Source: Lysobacterales bacterium
GTDB lineage: Bacteria; Pseudomonadota; Gammaproteobacteria; Xanthomonadales; Rhodanobacteraceae
Length of the DNA: 64,000 nt
Direction of reading: 5' to 3'
NCBI GenBank assembly: GCA_038242205.1
Contig: JBBSSI010000013.1
Coordinates: 333-64,332, forward strand
The notes beneath the pieces were generated by a model, which saw only the letters and a program-made list of their open reading frames with translations, did no database searches and had not been told where the DNA came from. How positions within the stretch are numbered: position 1 is the stretch's first letter; each line of letters opens with the position of its first letter. Positions 8,996 to 20,217 of the stretch are shown piece after piece. A program made the translations under genes and the position numbers.

Positions 8996-11116
8996 ATGGC
9001 GCACGCGTCAAACATTTCCAGTCTGGCCCAATGGCGCGAGCGCAATGCGCCGGCGTCGCTGGTCGGCGATGCGCTGACAGCCTGCGGCACATGCGCGGTC
9101 AGCGAGGGCGAGTGCTGCGATGTGCTGGATCTGCTGGCAACGCTTGGATGCGACGCTTATACCCAGGCGGCCGCGCTCTGGTTTGAAGTGGCGCGGGTCG
9201 ATCCGCCGCAGTGGGACGCGCAGCGCGCTGCCTTGCCGGCGGAGCTGCAACGCTTGGTCAGCGGTCAACAGGCCGCCGGGCAGGTCTGGGCGCTGCACGC
9301 GCAGCAGCGCACGCCGCAGGCGGCAGTTGAAGGTCTGCGCCGCCTGCTGTTGGCGATCGTGCACGATTTGCGCGTGGTGTTTGTGCTGCTTGCGCGGCAA
9401 CTGGCGCAGATGCGCGCGGCCATGGCGTTGCCGCCCGAGCGCGCGATGGAGCTGGCGCGGTTGACCCGTGACATCCACGCGCCGCTGGCCAATCGCCTGG
9501 GCATCTGGCAACTGAAGTGGGAGCTGGAAGACCTCGCATTTCGCTTCCTGCAACCGCAGATATATCGGCGCATTGCCGATCTGCTGGACGAGCGGCGCGC
9601 TGATCGCGAAAACTTCATTGCCGACGTGCTCCTGCAGTTGCAGCAGTCGCTGGACGCCGACGGCATCCGCGCGCAGCTGACCGGACGGCCCAAGCACATT
9701 TATTCCATCTGGAAAAAAATGCAGCGCAAGGAGCTGGGTTTTTCCGACCTGTACGACATTCGCGCGGTGCGCATCCTGGTGGACACGGTGACCGATTGCT
9801 ATGCCGCGCTCGGCGTCGTGCACGCGCACTGGCAGCATCTGCCGTCCGAGTTTGACGATTACATCGCGCGGCCGAAAAACAACGGCTATCGATCGCTGCA
9901 CACCGCCGTGCGCGGGCCGTCCGGTCGGGCGCTGGAAGTGCAGATTCGCACGCACGACATGCATCGCGACAACGAACTGGGCGTGGCTGCACACTGGCGG
10001 TACAAGGAAGGCGGCAGCGGGGACGCCGAATTCGAGGCGAAGATTGCGTGGATGCGCAAGTTGCTTGAGCCGCGCGCGGCCGGTGACAACAGCCTGGATG
10101 CCGACCTGGCAACCGAGCTGCTGGAAGATCGCGTTTATCTGCTGACGCCCAAGGGCGAAGTATTTGATCTTGCGCGTGGCGCGACCGTGCTGGATTTTGC
10201 CTACCTGGTGCACACGGAGGTAGGCCATCGCTGCCGCGGAGCAAAGGTCAACGGGCGCATCGTGCCGCTCGCGTTCCAGCCGCAAAGTGGCGATCGCGTG
10301 GAGATCCTCACGGGCAAGGTGGCCGATCCCAGTAGGGACTGGCTGTCGCTGCAGCACGGGTATCTGCATACGCCGCGCGCACGGGAGAAAGTGCGCGGCT
10401 GGTTTCGCCGCATTGCCCATGACACCAATCTCTCGGTCGGGCGCGCGATGCTCGAGCGGGAGTTGAAACGCCTCGCCCTGGCCAGCGCTGACGTGGCCGC
10501 CTTGCCCGCGCATTTTCAGCTGAAGACGCACGACGAGTTGCTGGTTGCGCTGGCGCTGGGCGAAATCACTGGCGGACAGATCGCGCGCACCTTGCAGGAA
10601 GCAGCGCATCCACCTGCGGCTATCGCGCCGGCGGCGGCAGTCCGGCCCGTGCTGCTCGACCGCAGTGCGCTGACCATCGAGGGCATTGGCAATCTGCTGA
10701 CCACGTTGGCGCACTGTTGCCAGCCATTGCCGGGCGACGCGGTGCGCGGCTACATCACCAAGGGTCGCGGCGTGTCGGTGCACCGCGCGGACTGCGGAAG
10801 CCTGCTGCGGCTGCAGCGCCGCGATCCGGATCGGGTGATCGATGTGGCCTGGGGCAGCGCCGGTGCGCATGCTTACGAAGTGGACATCGAGATACGCGGC
10901 TACGATCGCAAGGGTTTGCAGAAAGACGTCACCAATGTCGTCAGCAATGCCAACGTGAATATTGTCGCGTCGTCGAGCCGCGTGTTTGCCGCAAGCGGCG
11001 AGGTAGAGCTGCGCTTCACCCTGCGCGTGCACGATTTCGAACAGCTGTCGACCTTGCTCGGCAAGGTGGGTGCATTGCCCAACGTAGTCGATGCCCGTCG
11101 CATCGTCGCCGGGTGA
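8996..11116 (+). CDS. relA: (p)ppGpp synthetase RelA
   Basis: HAPLANRLGIWQLKWELEDL, GRPKHIYSIWKKM, YRSLHT, EVQIRT, then TGS and ACT domains. HD domain is degenerate. Confidence 0.95.
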   Translation: MAHASNISSLAQWRERNAPASLVGDALTACGTCAVSEGECCDVLDLLATLGCDAYTQAAALWFEVARVDPPQWDAQRAALPAELQRLVSGQQAAGQVWALHAQQRTPQAAVEGLRRLLLAIVHDLRVVFVLLARQLAQMRAAMALPPERAMELARLTRDIHAPLANRLGIWQLKWELEDLAFRFLQPQIYRRIADLLDERRADRENFIADVLLQLQQSLDADGIRAQLTGRPKHIYSIWKKMQRKELGFSDLYDIRAVRILVDTVTDCYAALGVVHAHWQHLPSEFDDYIARPKNNGYRSLHTAVRGPSGRALEVQIRTHDMHRDNELGVAAHWRYKEGGSGDAEFEAKIAWMRKLLEPRAAGDNSLDADLATELLEDRVYLLTPKGEVFDLARGATVLDFAYLVHTEVGHRCRGAKVNGRIVPLAFQPQSGDRVEILTGKVADPSRDWLSLQHGYLHTPRAREKVRGWFRRIAHDTNLSVGRAMLERELKRLALASADVAALPAHFQLKTHDELLVALALGEITGGQIARTLQEAAHPPAAIAPAAAVRPVLLDRSALTIEGIGNLLTTLAHCCQPLPGDAVRGYITKGRGVSVHRADCGSLLRLQRRDPDRVIDVAWGSAGAHAYEVDIEIRGYDRKGLQKDVTNVVSNANVNIVASSSRVFAASGEVELRFTLRVHDFEQLSTLLGKVGALPNVVDARRIVAG

Positions 11117-11625
11117 AACCGCGCGGCACGCTGAACGCATTCCCGCGCCTGCTGCTTTGGGTCAGCCGATGCCGGGCGCAGCTGGCAAGGCGGCCAAGTT
11201 GCGCGGTTTGAAGTGCAGCCACGCGTAGAGCACGCGCAAGCATTGCCATGTGCCAGGCGGGCACGGCCTCTCGCACTCGCCCGCGGAAATCGGCAGTGCC
11301 GATCTTGTGCCCGCTGCGCGTCAACGCGAACAGTGGCAGTGCGCTTCGTGTGCCGGCGAGGAACGCGCACGGTTTCTGTAGCGCATGGATCACCACATTT
11401 GCCAGCCAGTGCCCGCGGTGCGAATGGCGCCATTCGAGGCAAGACGCGCTTGCGCGGTGACGACGTTTCAAATGCGGTGCCAGCACGCTGTGGCGTATGT
11501 CGCCGCACGGGTTCGCTTGCGTCGACGCTTCAGCAGCGACGCAAGCTGAACGCCCGCGTCGTGCCGACGAAGCGACCGCGCAGGCCGATGCTAAGCTGAA
11601 GCGTCACCCGGACAATGATGGACCC

Positions 11626-13413
11626 ATGGCGCGGGATCGAGACCAGCACGAAATAAATGCACGCGGTCGCACGGAGCCCACCTTGGGCAGCCTTGCCGAC
11701 CTGGACACGCCGGCAGAGCAGGCCGACGCGTTGCCATCCATGTCTGCTGGTGAGCGGGCGCCGTACAGCGCGCCTGCGCGCAGCGCCTTGCCCCCGCGCA
11801 AGCGCAGACGCGGCTGGCTGATCGTGGTGCTGCTGGTGCTGGCCGCCGCCATTGCCGTGGTCTGGATCAACCAGAGCCGCTTGCGTGGCATGGTGCCGCG
11901 CACGGAACTCAACGACGTGCTTGGACGTGCGCAGCAGGCGCTGCAGGCTGGCCGTCTGGACGGCCATGACGGCACCAGTGCGCGCGAGTTGTATCAGGCG
12001 GTGCTCGCCGTGCGGCCGGACAACGACGCCGCGCATGACGGTTTGCAACTTACCGGCCGCGCGCTGCTGGCCGAGGCCGACGCCGCGCTGCAGGCAGGAC
12101 GCGTGGATCAGGCTGCGCAGCAGGCAACGCTGGCCCGCGACCTGCTTGGCGGTGGCAGCGACGTTGACCGGCTCGACGCTGCGATCCTCGCCGCGCGAGC
12201 ACCGGCGCCGGCCACGCCGGATCTGGTGGAACAGGCGCAGCAGGCGCTTGCCAGTGGCAGGCTGGATGGCGCGCAGGGTGCGGCCGCGCTGTATCAACAC
12301 ATAGCGCGGGCGGATCCGGGCAGCGCGGTGGCAGCGCATGGGCTGGATCAGGTGGGTGACGCTCTGGCCAGTCAGGCTCGCCAGGCGCTCGATGCGCGCG
12401 ATACCGCAACTGCCGGAGCGCGCATTGAGCAACTCGCGACGCTGCAACCAACCAATGGCGCATTGCCGGCCTTGCGTGCGGCCCAGGCGCAGCTACAAGC
12501 GGCGGCTGCCGCGGTGCCGTCAGCCGTGCCCCTCGCAGCAGCGGCTGGCGTACCTGCGACCCTGCCGCCGCCGGCAGCTCCGATCCAGGCCGCGCCTGCC
12601 ACGGACCGGCGTGCGGTGCAGGAGCAAGTCAGGCAAGGTCAGGCAGCGTTGCGTGCCGGACGCATCAGCGGCGCCGGCGACGACACCGCGCTGGCCCACT
12701 TCAAGGCGGCGTTGCGGCTGGACCCGGACAACGCGGAGGCGCGCGATGGGCTGGGCAAGATTGCGCAAGCGCTGACGGTGCAGGCAAATGCCGCCACCGA
12801 CGCTGGTGATAGCGCACAGGCCAGCCGCTTGCTCGACCAGGCTGCCGCGCTGGCGCCGCGTTCGACCGATCTGGCCGCGGCGCGCGCGCATCTGGCCAGC
12901 AACGATCATGCGCCCGCGCCGGACAGCGTGGCGGACGACGCTGCCGCCCAAGCCCAACCGGCGCTGCTGTCACCGCAGCAAAGCGCGACCATCGCCCGCT
13001 ACGTGCAGGGCGCGCGCGCGGCGACACAACGCGGCGACATCATGATGCCGCCAGGTGACAGTGCGTTTGACTTGTACCGCAGCGCGCTGGCCATCGATGG
13101 CAACAACGCCGCAGCGCTGCAAGGTTTGCACGCCTTGCCGGAGGCCGTTGCCGCACAATTTCAGCGCGCGCTGGGCGCCGGCAATCTGCGCCAGGCGGAC
13201 GACATGCTGCGCAACTACGCCGAACTTGCGCCGGGCGACGCGCAGCATGCCGGCATGGCATCGCGCCTGACTTCGGCGTGGCTGGATCAAGCCGAGCAAC
13301 GTCTGGCCGACGGTGACCGGGCCGGAGCGGCGCAAGCGCTGGACCGCGCGCGCAAGATGGCGCCGGCGGATTCGCGTCTGGCGACTCTCAGCGCGCGCCT
13401 GGCCGGCTCGTGA
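11626..13413 (+). CDS. Membrane-anchored TPR/alpha-solenoid protein
   Basis: RTEPTLG motif, a single TM, and repeated A..AL.AGRL...A...Y..AL...P.N..A..GL units. Confidence 0.8.
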   Translation: MARDRDQHEINARGRTEPTLGSLADLDTPAEQADALPSMSAGERAPYSAPARSALPPRKRRRGWLIVVLLVLAAAIAVVWINQSRLRGMVPRTELNDVLGRAQQALQAGRLDGHDGTSARELYQAVLAVRPDNDAAHDGLQLTGRALLAEADAALQAGRVDQAAQQATLARDLLGGGSDVDRLDAAILAARAPAPATPDLVEQAQQALASGRLDGAQGAAALYQHIARADPGSAVAAHGLDQVGDALASQARQALDARDTATAGARIEQLATLQPTNGALPALRAAQAQLQAAAAAVPSAVPLAAAAGVPATLPPPAAPIQAAPATDRRAVQEQVRQGQAALRAGRISGAGDDTALAHFKAALRLDPDNAEARDGLGKIAQALTVQANAATDAGDSAQASRLLDQAAALAPRSTDLAAARAHLASNDHAPAPDSVADDAAAQAQPALLSPQQSATIARYVQGARAATQRGDIMMPPGDSAFDLYRSALAIDGNNAAALQGLHALPEAVAAQFQRALGAGNLRQADDMLRNYAELAPGDAQHAGMASRLTSAWLDQAEQRLADGDRAGAAQALDRARKMAPADSRLATLSARLAGS

Positions 13414-13420
13414 GCAGCCC

Positions 13421-14260
13421 ATGACCGTACTGGTGTTTGGTGCCAGCAGCCAGATTGGTCACTTCCTGGTGCCGCGTCTGTTGGCCAGCGGCGAGCAGGT
13501 GCTGGCGTTGAGTCGCCAGCCACGTGCCGAACAAACGGATCTGCGGTGGGTGCGTGGCCAACTGCCCGATGGCGTACCGGCGCTGCCATCGGTGTCGGCG
13601 ATCATCTGCTTCGGGCCACTGCAGGCGTTTGCCAACTGGCTCGCGCGCACGCCGCTGAGTCAGGCACCGCGCATCGTCGCCACCAGCTCGATGAGCGCTG
13701 AAAGCAAAGCCGATTCCAGCGTCCCCGCCGAGCGCGAACTGTCCCGACAGTTGCGCGCAGGCGAGGCAGCGTTGGCCGCCGCCTGTGGTCAACACGGTTG
13801 CGCGTGGACCGTGCTGCGGCCAACGCTGATCTATGGCGCCGGCCTGGACAAGAGCCTGACCCCGATTGCGCGTCGTGCACTGCGCCTGCGCGTTTTTCCC
13901 CTGCCGGCGGCGCCTGGCTTACGCCAGCCGGTACACGCCGATGATGTGGCCCAGGCCGTGCTGGCCGCGCTGGATTGTCCGGCCGCAGACGGCCGCGTGC
14001 TGGCCATGGGTGGTGGCGAGCGGCTGACCGCCGGCGCCATGTTTGCACGCGTGCGCGCCAGCCTGCAGCACACCACGCTGCCGCTGCCGCTGCCGGCATG
14101 GCTGCTGCGCTGCGGCCGTCAGGCGTTGCCGCGTTGGCGCGGTCCGTTGAGCCGCCTGGATCACGACCTGGTCGCCGACAACAGTGAAATGCAGCAGCTG
14201 CTGGGCATTCATCCGCGTGGCTTTGCGCCGGATGCCGGCACGTGGTCAGCCGTGGGTTAG
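13421..14260 (+). CDS. NAD-dependent epimerase/dehydratase-like protein
   Basis: VLVFGASSQIG Rossmann motif, LRPTLIYG, QPVHADDVA. Confidence 0.85.
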   Translation: MTVLVFGASSQIGHFLVPRLLASGEQVLALSRQPRAEQTDLRWVRGQLPDGVPALPSVSAIICFGPLQAFANWLARTPLSQAPRIVATSSMSAESKADSSVPAERELSRQLRAGEAALAAACGQHGCAWTVLRPTLIYGAGLDKSLTPIARRALRLRVFPLPAAPGLRQPVHADDVAQAVLAALDCPAADGRVLAMGGGERLTAGAMFARVRASLQHTTLPLPLPAWLLRCGRQALPRWRGPLSRLDHDLVADNSEMQQLLGIHPRGFAPDAGTWSAVG

Positions 14261-14443
14261 TGCCTGGGCGCGCAAGCACGCGAACGGTAGCCCTGCCTTC
14301 GACGCGCTCCTGCTGGCGATATCAGTTGCTCGCCCCCTGGCGGCGCTCGGGCACGGCCTGCCCGATCAAATGCAGCAGTCGTTCATGTCCATGCCGGCTG
14401 GCAGGCCCTATCATGCGCCGGTCTGTTCGCGGGAATCCCCACG

Positions 14444-16783
14444 TTGGCTGTGTTTATTCGTACCCGATCATTCGCGCGCCGCATGTGGCCGTGGTTGCGC
14501 ATTCCAGCGTGGATCGCGCTTGGCCTTTTTTTCGGGTTTGTCCTGCCGTATACGCTGGTGTTGAACAGCCGCGTGCAGGATCGTTTCAACGACCTGGTGT
14601 TTTCCGTTCCCACCCGGGTGTACGCGCGCCCGTTGGCGCTGACCGCCGGCACCCCGCTGACGGCAGAGGCGCTGGAGCTTGAGCTGACATTTGCCGGTTA
14701 CAGCGCCGATGGACGCGGCGAGGTGCCCGGAAGCTGGGCCAAACGCGGGCCGCGCTACACCATCTCCTCGCGCGGCTATGCGGGGCCGGACGGCGGCGAG
14801 CTGCCCAAGCGCGTGCAGGTTGCGCTTGGCAGCGGCATCGTTCAGCACGTTCGCGACGCGGCGAGCGAGCAGGCGGTGGCCCTGGCCCATCTGGATCCGG
14901 CACGCATTGCCACGTTGTACGGAGCCGATCAGGAGGAACGCCGCTTCGTGCATCTGGCCGACGTACCGCCACTTTTGGCCAGCGGCCTGCAGGCGGTGGA
15001 AGATCGCGATTTCAAGCATCACCTGGGCATTGATTTCGGCGCCATCGTGCGTGCCACGTTTGCCAACTTGCGCGCCGGACACACGGTGCAGGGCGGCTCG
15101 ACGTTGACCCAGCAGCTGGTGCGCAATCTTTTCCTCAGCCGCGAGCGAAGCCTCACGCGCAAAGTCAACGAAGCGCTGATGTCCTTGCTGCTCGAAGCGC
15201 ATTACAGCAAAGGGCGGATCCTGGAGGCGTACGTCAACGACGTGTTTCTTGGCCAGAAAGGCGGGCAGGCCGTGCACGGTTTTGCCGCCGCCGCGGAGTT
15301 TTACTTTGGTCGCCGCCTGGAGGATCTGCGGGCGCAGGAAATCGCATTGCTGGTGGGCATGGTCAAGGGACCCAGTTACTACGATCCGCGCCGCGCACCG
15401 GCCCGCGCCCTGGCTCGGCGCAACCTGGTGCTGCAGGAGTTTGCCAGCACCGGGCTGCTCAACGCCGGCCAGCTCAATGCCGCGCAAGCCGCGCCGCTCG
15501 GGGTCATCGGCAACGGCCAGCTGCCGCATAACCGGTTTCCCGCTTTCATGGACCTGGTGCGCAAACAGATCACGGCCGACTTTGACGAGCAATCGTTGCG
15601 TTCGGGCAACCTGTCCGTATTTACCACGCTTGATCCGGCCGCGCAGCTGTACGCCGAGCAGGCCATTACCGGCGCGTTGAAAACCCTCGGCAAGCGCGGC
15701 GATGCAGTGCAGGCGGCGGCAGTGGTTACCGAGGCAAAAACCGGCAGCGTGCTGGCGGTGGTCGGCAGCAAGCTGCCCGGCGACCAGGGTTTCAATCGGG
15801 CGCTGGACGCGCGTCGGCCCATGGGTTCGACGATCAAGCCGTTTGTGTATCTGGTGGCGCTGACCCAGCCGGAGCGCTGGAACCTGCTCAGCCTGCTGGA
15901 CGATGGTCCGGTCAGCATGCGCCAGCCCGATGGCAGCATGTGGACACCGCAGAACGACGACAACCAGAGCCACGGTCAGGTGCCGATGGTTGACGCGCTT
16001 GCGCGCTCGTGGAATCTGGCCAGCATCCACCTGGGCCTGGCGGTCGGCCTGCCACGCATCAAGGCGTTTCTGGAATCGTTCGGGCTGACCGACGTCAATC
16101 CGAGCCCGTCGCTCTTGCTCGGCGCGATCGACGTGTCGCCGTTGCAGGTGGCGCAGCTGTATCAATACCTCGCCGCCGATGGCCACGCGCTGCCGCTGGT
16201 GGCAGTGCGCGGCGTGGTCGACGACAAGGGTCGCACGATCAAGCGCTATCAGGTGCAGGCAGGCCGTGGCGAGTACCAGCCGGCTGTGCGTCTGACGACA
16301 TGGGCGATGCAGCAGGTGGCGCTGTACGGCACCGCCAGTGCCATCGGCAATTCCGGCCTGGCGTGGTTGCATGCGGCAGGCAAGACTGGCACCAGCAACG
16401 ACACGCGTGACAGCTGGTTTGCCGGCTTTACCGGGGAACACCTGGCGGTGTTCTGGATTGGTCGCGACGACAACAAATCCACCGGCCTGTTTGGCGCGAC
16501 CGGTGGTTTGCGCGCGTGGCGCGACCTGTTTGCAAAATTGCCGACGCGCCCGCTGTCCTCAGCGCCCGGCGATGGCCTGGAGATGGCGTGGATCAACCCG
16601 CTTGACGGCAAGCGTACCGATCCGCAGTGCACCGGAGCGCGCCAGGTGCCAGTGGTGGCAGGCACGCTGCCGACCGACGCCGAAGGTTGCTTCTGGCAAA
16701 GCCTGCTCGGTCAGGACGGTGAGCCAATACCGTCATCCACCAGCGCACCGCCGCCCGCAGCCGCGCCACCCATTCAGGACTGA
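14444..16783 (+). CDS. mrcB: Penicillin-binding protein 1B
   Basis: TM, UB2H, transglycosylase (EDRDF..H, GGSTLTQQLV) and transpeptidase (STIK, SWN, KTG) motifs. Confidence 0.95.
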   Translation: MAVFIRTRSFARRMWPWLRIPAWIALGLFFGFVLPYTLVLNSRVQDRFNDLVFSVPTRVYARPLALTAGTPLTAEALELELTFAGYSADGRGEVPGSWAKRGPRYTISSRGYAGPDGGELPKRVQVALGSGIVQHVRDAASEQAVALAHLDPARIATLYGADQEERRFVHLADVPPLLASGLQAVEDRDFKHHLGIDFGAIVRATFANLRAGHTVQGGSTLTQQLVRNLFLSRERSLTRKVNEALMSLLLEAHYSKGRILEAYVNDVFLGQKGGQAVHGFAAAAEFYFGRRLEDLRAQEIALLVGMVKGPSYYDPRRAPARALARRNLVLQEFASTGLLNAGQLNAAQAAPLGVIGNGQLPHNRFPAFMDLVRKQITADFDEQSLRSGNLSVFTTLDPAAQLYAEQAITGALKTLGKRGDAVQAAAVVTEAKTGSVLAVVGSKLPGDQGFNRALDARRPMGSTIKPFVYLVALTQPERWNLLSLLDDGPVSMRQPDGSMWTPQNDDNQSHGQVPMVDALARSWNLASIHLGLAVGLPRIKAFLESFGLTDVNPSPSLLLGAIDVSPLQVAQLYQYLAADGHALPLVAVRGVVDDKGRTIKRYQVQAGRGEYQPAVRLTTWAMQQVALYGTASAIGNSGLAWLHAAGKTGTSNDTRDSWFAGFTGEHLAVFWIGRDDNKSTGLFGATGGLRAWRDLFAKLPTRPLSSAPGDGLEMAWINPLDGKRTDPQCTGARQVPVVAGTLPTDAEGCFWQSLLGQDGEPIPSSTSAPPPAAAPPIQD

Positions 16784-16785
16784 GC

Positions 16786-17328
16786 ATGTTCAAGACTTCA
16801 CAGCAACGATCGATGCTGGTGGCAGTGCTGGCCACTGCCACGCTTGCTGGCTGCAGCCTGTTTGCACCGGTGGCCACGCCTGCGCCAACGCCAGCGATCG
16901 AGCATGCGCCCACGTATGACCTGGTGGCTTCGATCCGCGCTGCTGGTGATCGGGAAAAATCTGTCATCAGCGTCAATCCCCTGCGTGACCCAGGCGTCGC
17001 CGCATTGCAGGACTCCGCCGCGAGCGCCGAGCGCGCGGGGCATTATGCGCAGGCAGCTGCCGCGCTGGATCAGGCGCTGAAGTTGAGTCCGGACTCACCG
17101 GACCTGCTGCAGGAGCGCGCGGAAATGGCCGTCCGTTTGAAGGATTTTTCCAGCGCCGAAAAGCTCGCTCATCGGTCCTGGTCACTGGGCCCCAAACTTG
17201 GTCCGCTGTGCGCTCGCAACTGGCAGACCGTGGTGGAAATGCGGCTGCAGGCGCGCGATCTGGCGGGCGCAACCAGCGCGCGCAAGTGGGTGCAGCAGTG
17301 TCACAAGCCGGGCGTTTCGCGCTATTGA
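16786..17328 (+). CDS. TPR lipoprotein, LpoP-like PBP1B activator candidate
   Basis: Lipobox LAGC and TPR repeats, directly after mrcB. Confidence 0.75.
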   Translation: MFKTSQQRSMLVAVLATATLAGCSLFAPVATPAPTPAIEHAPTYDLVASIRAAGDREKSVISVNPLRDPGVAALQDSAASAERAGHYAQAAAALDQALKLSPDSPDLLQERAEMAVRLKDFSSAEKLAHRSWSLGPKLGPLCARNWQTVVEMRLQARDLAGATSARKWVQQCHKPGVSRY

Positions 17329-17548
17329 GCGCGCTGCAGCGTATTGCGCTGTCGCAATGCGCTACTGCGGCGAGCAGTGCAGGACGCACGCCGCTATCGC
17401 GTCGCGGCGACGCAGAAACCGTAGCAAGTAGCGCGCGCTGCAAGGCGTTCGCGACGCAACAGTGCGCAGTGCCAACTCCCGCTGGTGCCGCCCTACGCGG
17501 AGTTCGGCTGCGCGCGGCGCGGTAGGCGCTCGGTTGCGCATAGCTATT

Positions 17549-17938
17549 TCAGAACAAGGCAACCAGCAGCAGCACGAGGCCGACGATGCTCACCGCCCAG
17601 ATCAGCGTGCGCAGATACGGAATGCCTGCTGCATACGCCGGTACGTAGGCCACGCGCGCCCAAAAGTACAATTGCGCGCCCAGCACCGTCATGCTGTCGT
17701 GCTGCTGCAGCACGTGGTTGGCGAGGACCAGCGCGACAAAGAACGGAAACGTCTCGAGGAAATTCCCACGCGCGCGATCCAGCCGACTGCCGATGGTGCT
17801 GAGCGCCGGTGGCGTGCCATCCCGCGGGCTTGCGGCCCACGTCAGGCCGCGCTGGCTGACGGAATAAAATGCGACCAGTGAAATTTGCACCAGCCCCAGA
17901 ATCGTGCTCCAGCCGAGCAGGCTCAGTTCGGTCGTCAT
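17549..17938 (-). CDS. MAPEG family membrane protein
   Basis: RLDRARGNFLETFP and ARVAY motifs. Confidence 0.85.
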   Translation of the reverse strand: MTTELSLLGWSTILGLVQISLVAFYSVSQRGLTWAASPRDGTPPALSTIGSRLDRARGNFLETFPFFVALVLANHVLQQHDSMTVLGAQLYFWARVAYVPAYAAGIPYLRTLIWAVSIVGLVLLLVALF

Positions 17939-18186
17939 CGCGAGTTCCTAAGGTCAAGTGGTGCGGTGTCACCCGCGTGGTCGCGGCGAGTATGTCACAC
18001 AGGCTGCGGACCAAAGCGGACGCTGCCGCTGGTTGGCGCAACGTGCGCGTGGCATGAGTGGATCGCTATCTGCCGGGAGTGTCCAGCGGCAGCGATGGTT
18101 CGCTGCAGGGCACCTCTTTTACAAACCAGTTTTCCTGTCGGTGGCGAAGCGTTTCTTCGCGCGCGCCGCGCCGCCATACTTGGCAG

Positions 18187-20217
18187 ATGATTGAGCTTGA
18201 TTACCCCGCCGCCGACTGCGGTGACCTGCTTGGCGAAGACGGTCCGTTTGCCCGCGAGGTGCCAAATTTTGCGCCACGCGAGGCGCAGCAGTCGATGGCG
18301 CGCGCGGTGCAGGAGGCAATCGCCGGGCGCGAGACGCTGGTAGCCGAGGCTGGCACCGGCACCGGCAAGACCTTTGCTTACCTGGTGCCGGCGCTGCTGT
18401 CCGGTGAGCGCGTGATCATCTCCACCGGCACCAAGGCGCTGCAGGACCAGCTGTATTTTCGCGACCTGCCCAGGGTGCGTTCGGTCCTGGGCGTGCAGGC
18501 GAAAACTGCCTTGCTCACGGGCCGCGCCAATTACCTGTGTCTGTATCGGCTCGAGCAGACCGTGCGCGATGGCGGCACGCTGGACGGCACGCAGGCAGCA
18601 CAGCTGGCCGCGGTGCGCGCGTGGTCAGCGCGCACGCGTCGCGGCGATCGCATGGAGCTGGCCGAGGTGCCGGAGGAGTCGGCGCTGTGGCCGCGGGTAA
18701 CGTCCACTGCCGAAAATTGCCTCGGCGTGGAGTGCCCGTTCTATACCGACTGCCATGTGTTCAAGGCGCGCCGCGAGGCGCAGGAAGCGGACGTGGTGGT
18801 GGTCAACCATCACCTGCTGTTTGCCGACCTGGCGCTCAAGCAGGAAGGCTTTGGCGAGATCCTGCCCGACGCCACGGCATTCATCCTGGACGAAGCACAC
18901 CAGATTCCAGAGCTGGCCGGCCAGTTCTTTTCGCAAAGCGTCAGCGCGCGGCAGCTGCAGGATCTGGCGCAGGACACGCTGGCCGAATGCGCAGGCATCA
19001 CCGGCGCCATCGGCTTGCTGCTGGAACCGGTGCAGGCATTGCAGGCTGCCGTGCGCCAGTTGCGCCTGGCGCTGGAGGCGCTGCCGCCGCGCGCCGCTAT
19101 GGGCCAATTGCTGGCCCGTCCCGCAGTGGCTGCAGCGCTGGACGAGGTGCAGGCGCTGCTGCAGGGTCTGGCGCAACTGCTGCACTCGCAGGCGGAGCGC
19201 TCGCGCGGGCTGACGAATCTGCACGAGCGCGCAGTGCTGTTCGCTGCGCGCCTTGAACGTATTCTCAGCGCGGCGTCGACCGTTTCCAGCGAGCGCGATG
19301 AGAACGCATATGAGGCCGATGTCGACGTCGACGACGCGCAGGGGCCCAGCCGAACGCGCGACGTGCGCTGGTACGAACGTTTTCCGCGCGGCTTTGCGTT
19401 GTACGTGACGCCGCTGGACCTTGCCGAGCCCATGCGCGCGCTGCGCGAACGCACGCATGCGGCGTGGATCCATACCTCGGCGACGCTCTCTGTGGCTGGC
19501 AAGTTCGAGCACTTCGCGCGTCAGCTTGGACTGCAAGAGCCGCGCACGCTGCTGCTGCAAAGCCCGTTCGATTATGCGCGGCAGGCGCTGTGCTATCTCC
19601 CTTCAGGATTGCCCGAGCCCAACGACCGCGAGTACACCGCGGCGGTGATTGCGGCAGTGCTGCCGGTGCTGCAGGCGTCCTCCGGGCGGGCGTTTTTGCT
19701 GTTTACTTCCCATCGCGCACTGCGCCAGGCCACGGAACTGCTGCAAGGCAACGTGCCGTGGCCGCTGTTTATCCAGGGCACCGCGCCGCGGCCGCGCTTG
19801 CTGGAAGAATTTCGCGCGTGCGGCAACGGCGTGCTGCTCGGCGCGGCGAGTTTCTGGGAAGGGGTCGACGTGGTCGGCGCCGCGCTCAGCGTGGTCGTGA
19901 TCGACAAGCTGCCATTTGCCGCGCCCGATGATCCGGTGCTGATGGCGCGCCTGGCGGCGCTGGAACAATCCGGTATCAATGCGTTCATGGGCTGGCAGAT
20001 TCCCAGCGCGGTGATTGCACTCAAGCAGGGCGCAGGTCGCTTGATCCGCGACGTGCGCGATCGCGGCGTACTGGTGTTGTGTGATCCGCGCCTGAGCAGC
20101 AAGGGTTACGGAAAATTGTTCCTTGCCAGTTTGCCGCCCATGCCACGCACGCACGCACTGGCCGACGTTCAAGACTTCTTCGGCGATGGGCGCGCCGCGA
20201 TTACGGCCAGCATGTAG
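18187..20217 (+). CDS. yoaA: ATP-dependent DNA helicase YoaA/DinG family
   Basis: Q motif, EAGTGTGKT, Fe-S cysteines, DEAH, FWEGVD, QGAGRLIR. Confidence 0.9.
   Translation: MIELDYPAADCGDLLGEDGPFAREVPNFAPREAQQSMARAVQEAIAGRETLVAEAGTGTGKTFAYLVPALLSGERVIISTGTKALQDQLYFRDLPRVRSVLGVQAKTALLTGRANYLCLYRLEQTVRDGGTLDGTQAAQLAAVRAWSARTRRGDRMELAEVPEESALWPRVTSTAENCLGVECPFYTDCHVFKARREAQEADVVVVNHHLLFADLALKQEGFGEILPDATAFILDEAHQIPELAGQFFSQSVSARQLQDLAQDTLAECAGITGAIGLLLEPVQALQAAVRQLRLALEALPPRAAMGQLLARPAVAAALDEVQALLQGLAQLLHSQAERSRGLTNLHERAVLFAARLERILSAASTVSSERDENAYEADVDVDDAQGPSRTRDVRWYERFPRGFALYVTPLDLAEPMRALRERTHAAWIHTSATLSVAGKFEHFARQLGLQEPRTLLLQSPFDYARQALCYLPSGLPEPNDREYTAAVIAAVLPVLQASSGRAFLLFTSHRALRQATELLQGNVPWPLFIQGTAPRPRLLEEFRACGNGVLLGAASFWEGVDVVGAALSVVVIDKLPFAAPDDPVLMARLAALEQSGINAFMGWQIPSAVIALKQGAGRLIRDVRDRGVLVLCDPRLSSKGYGKLFLASLPPMPRTHALADVQDFFGDGRAAITASM

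Noticed and set aside
8996-9450. Divergent RelA N-terminus
   Set aside because: A degenerate HD hydrolase domain is normal for RelA.
9008-11140. 710-aa antisense ORF to relA, and similar long antisense ORFs over mrcB and rpoN
   Set aside because: Expected from GC-rich codon bias; no recognisable motifs.
17329-17548. Imperfect palindromes between convergent genes
   Set aside because: Probably a terminator or REP-like sequence; no repeated copies recognised.
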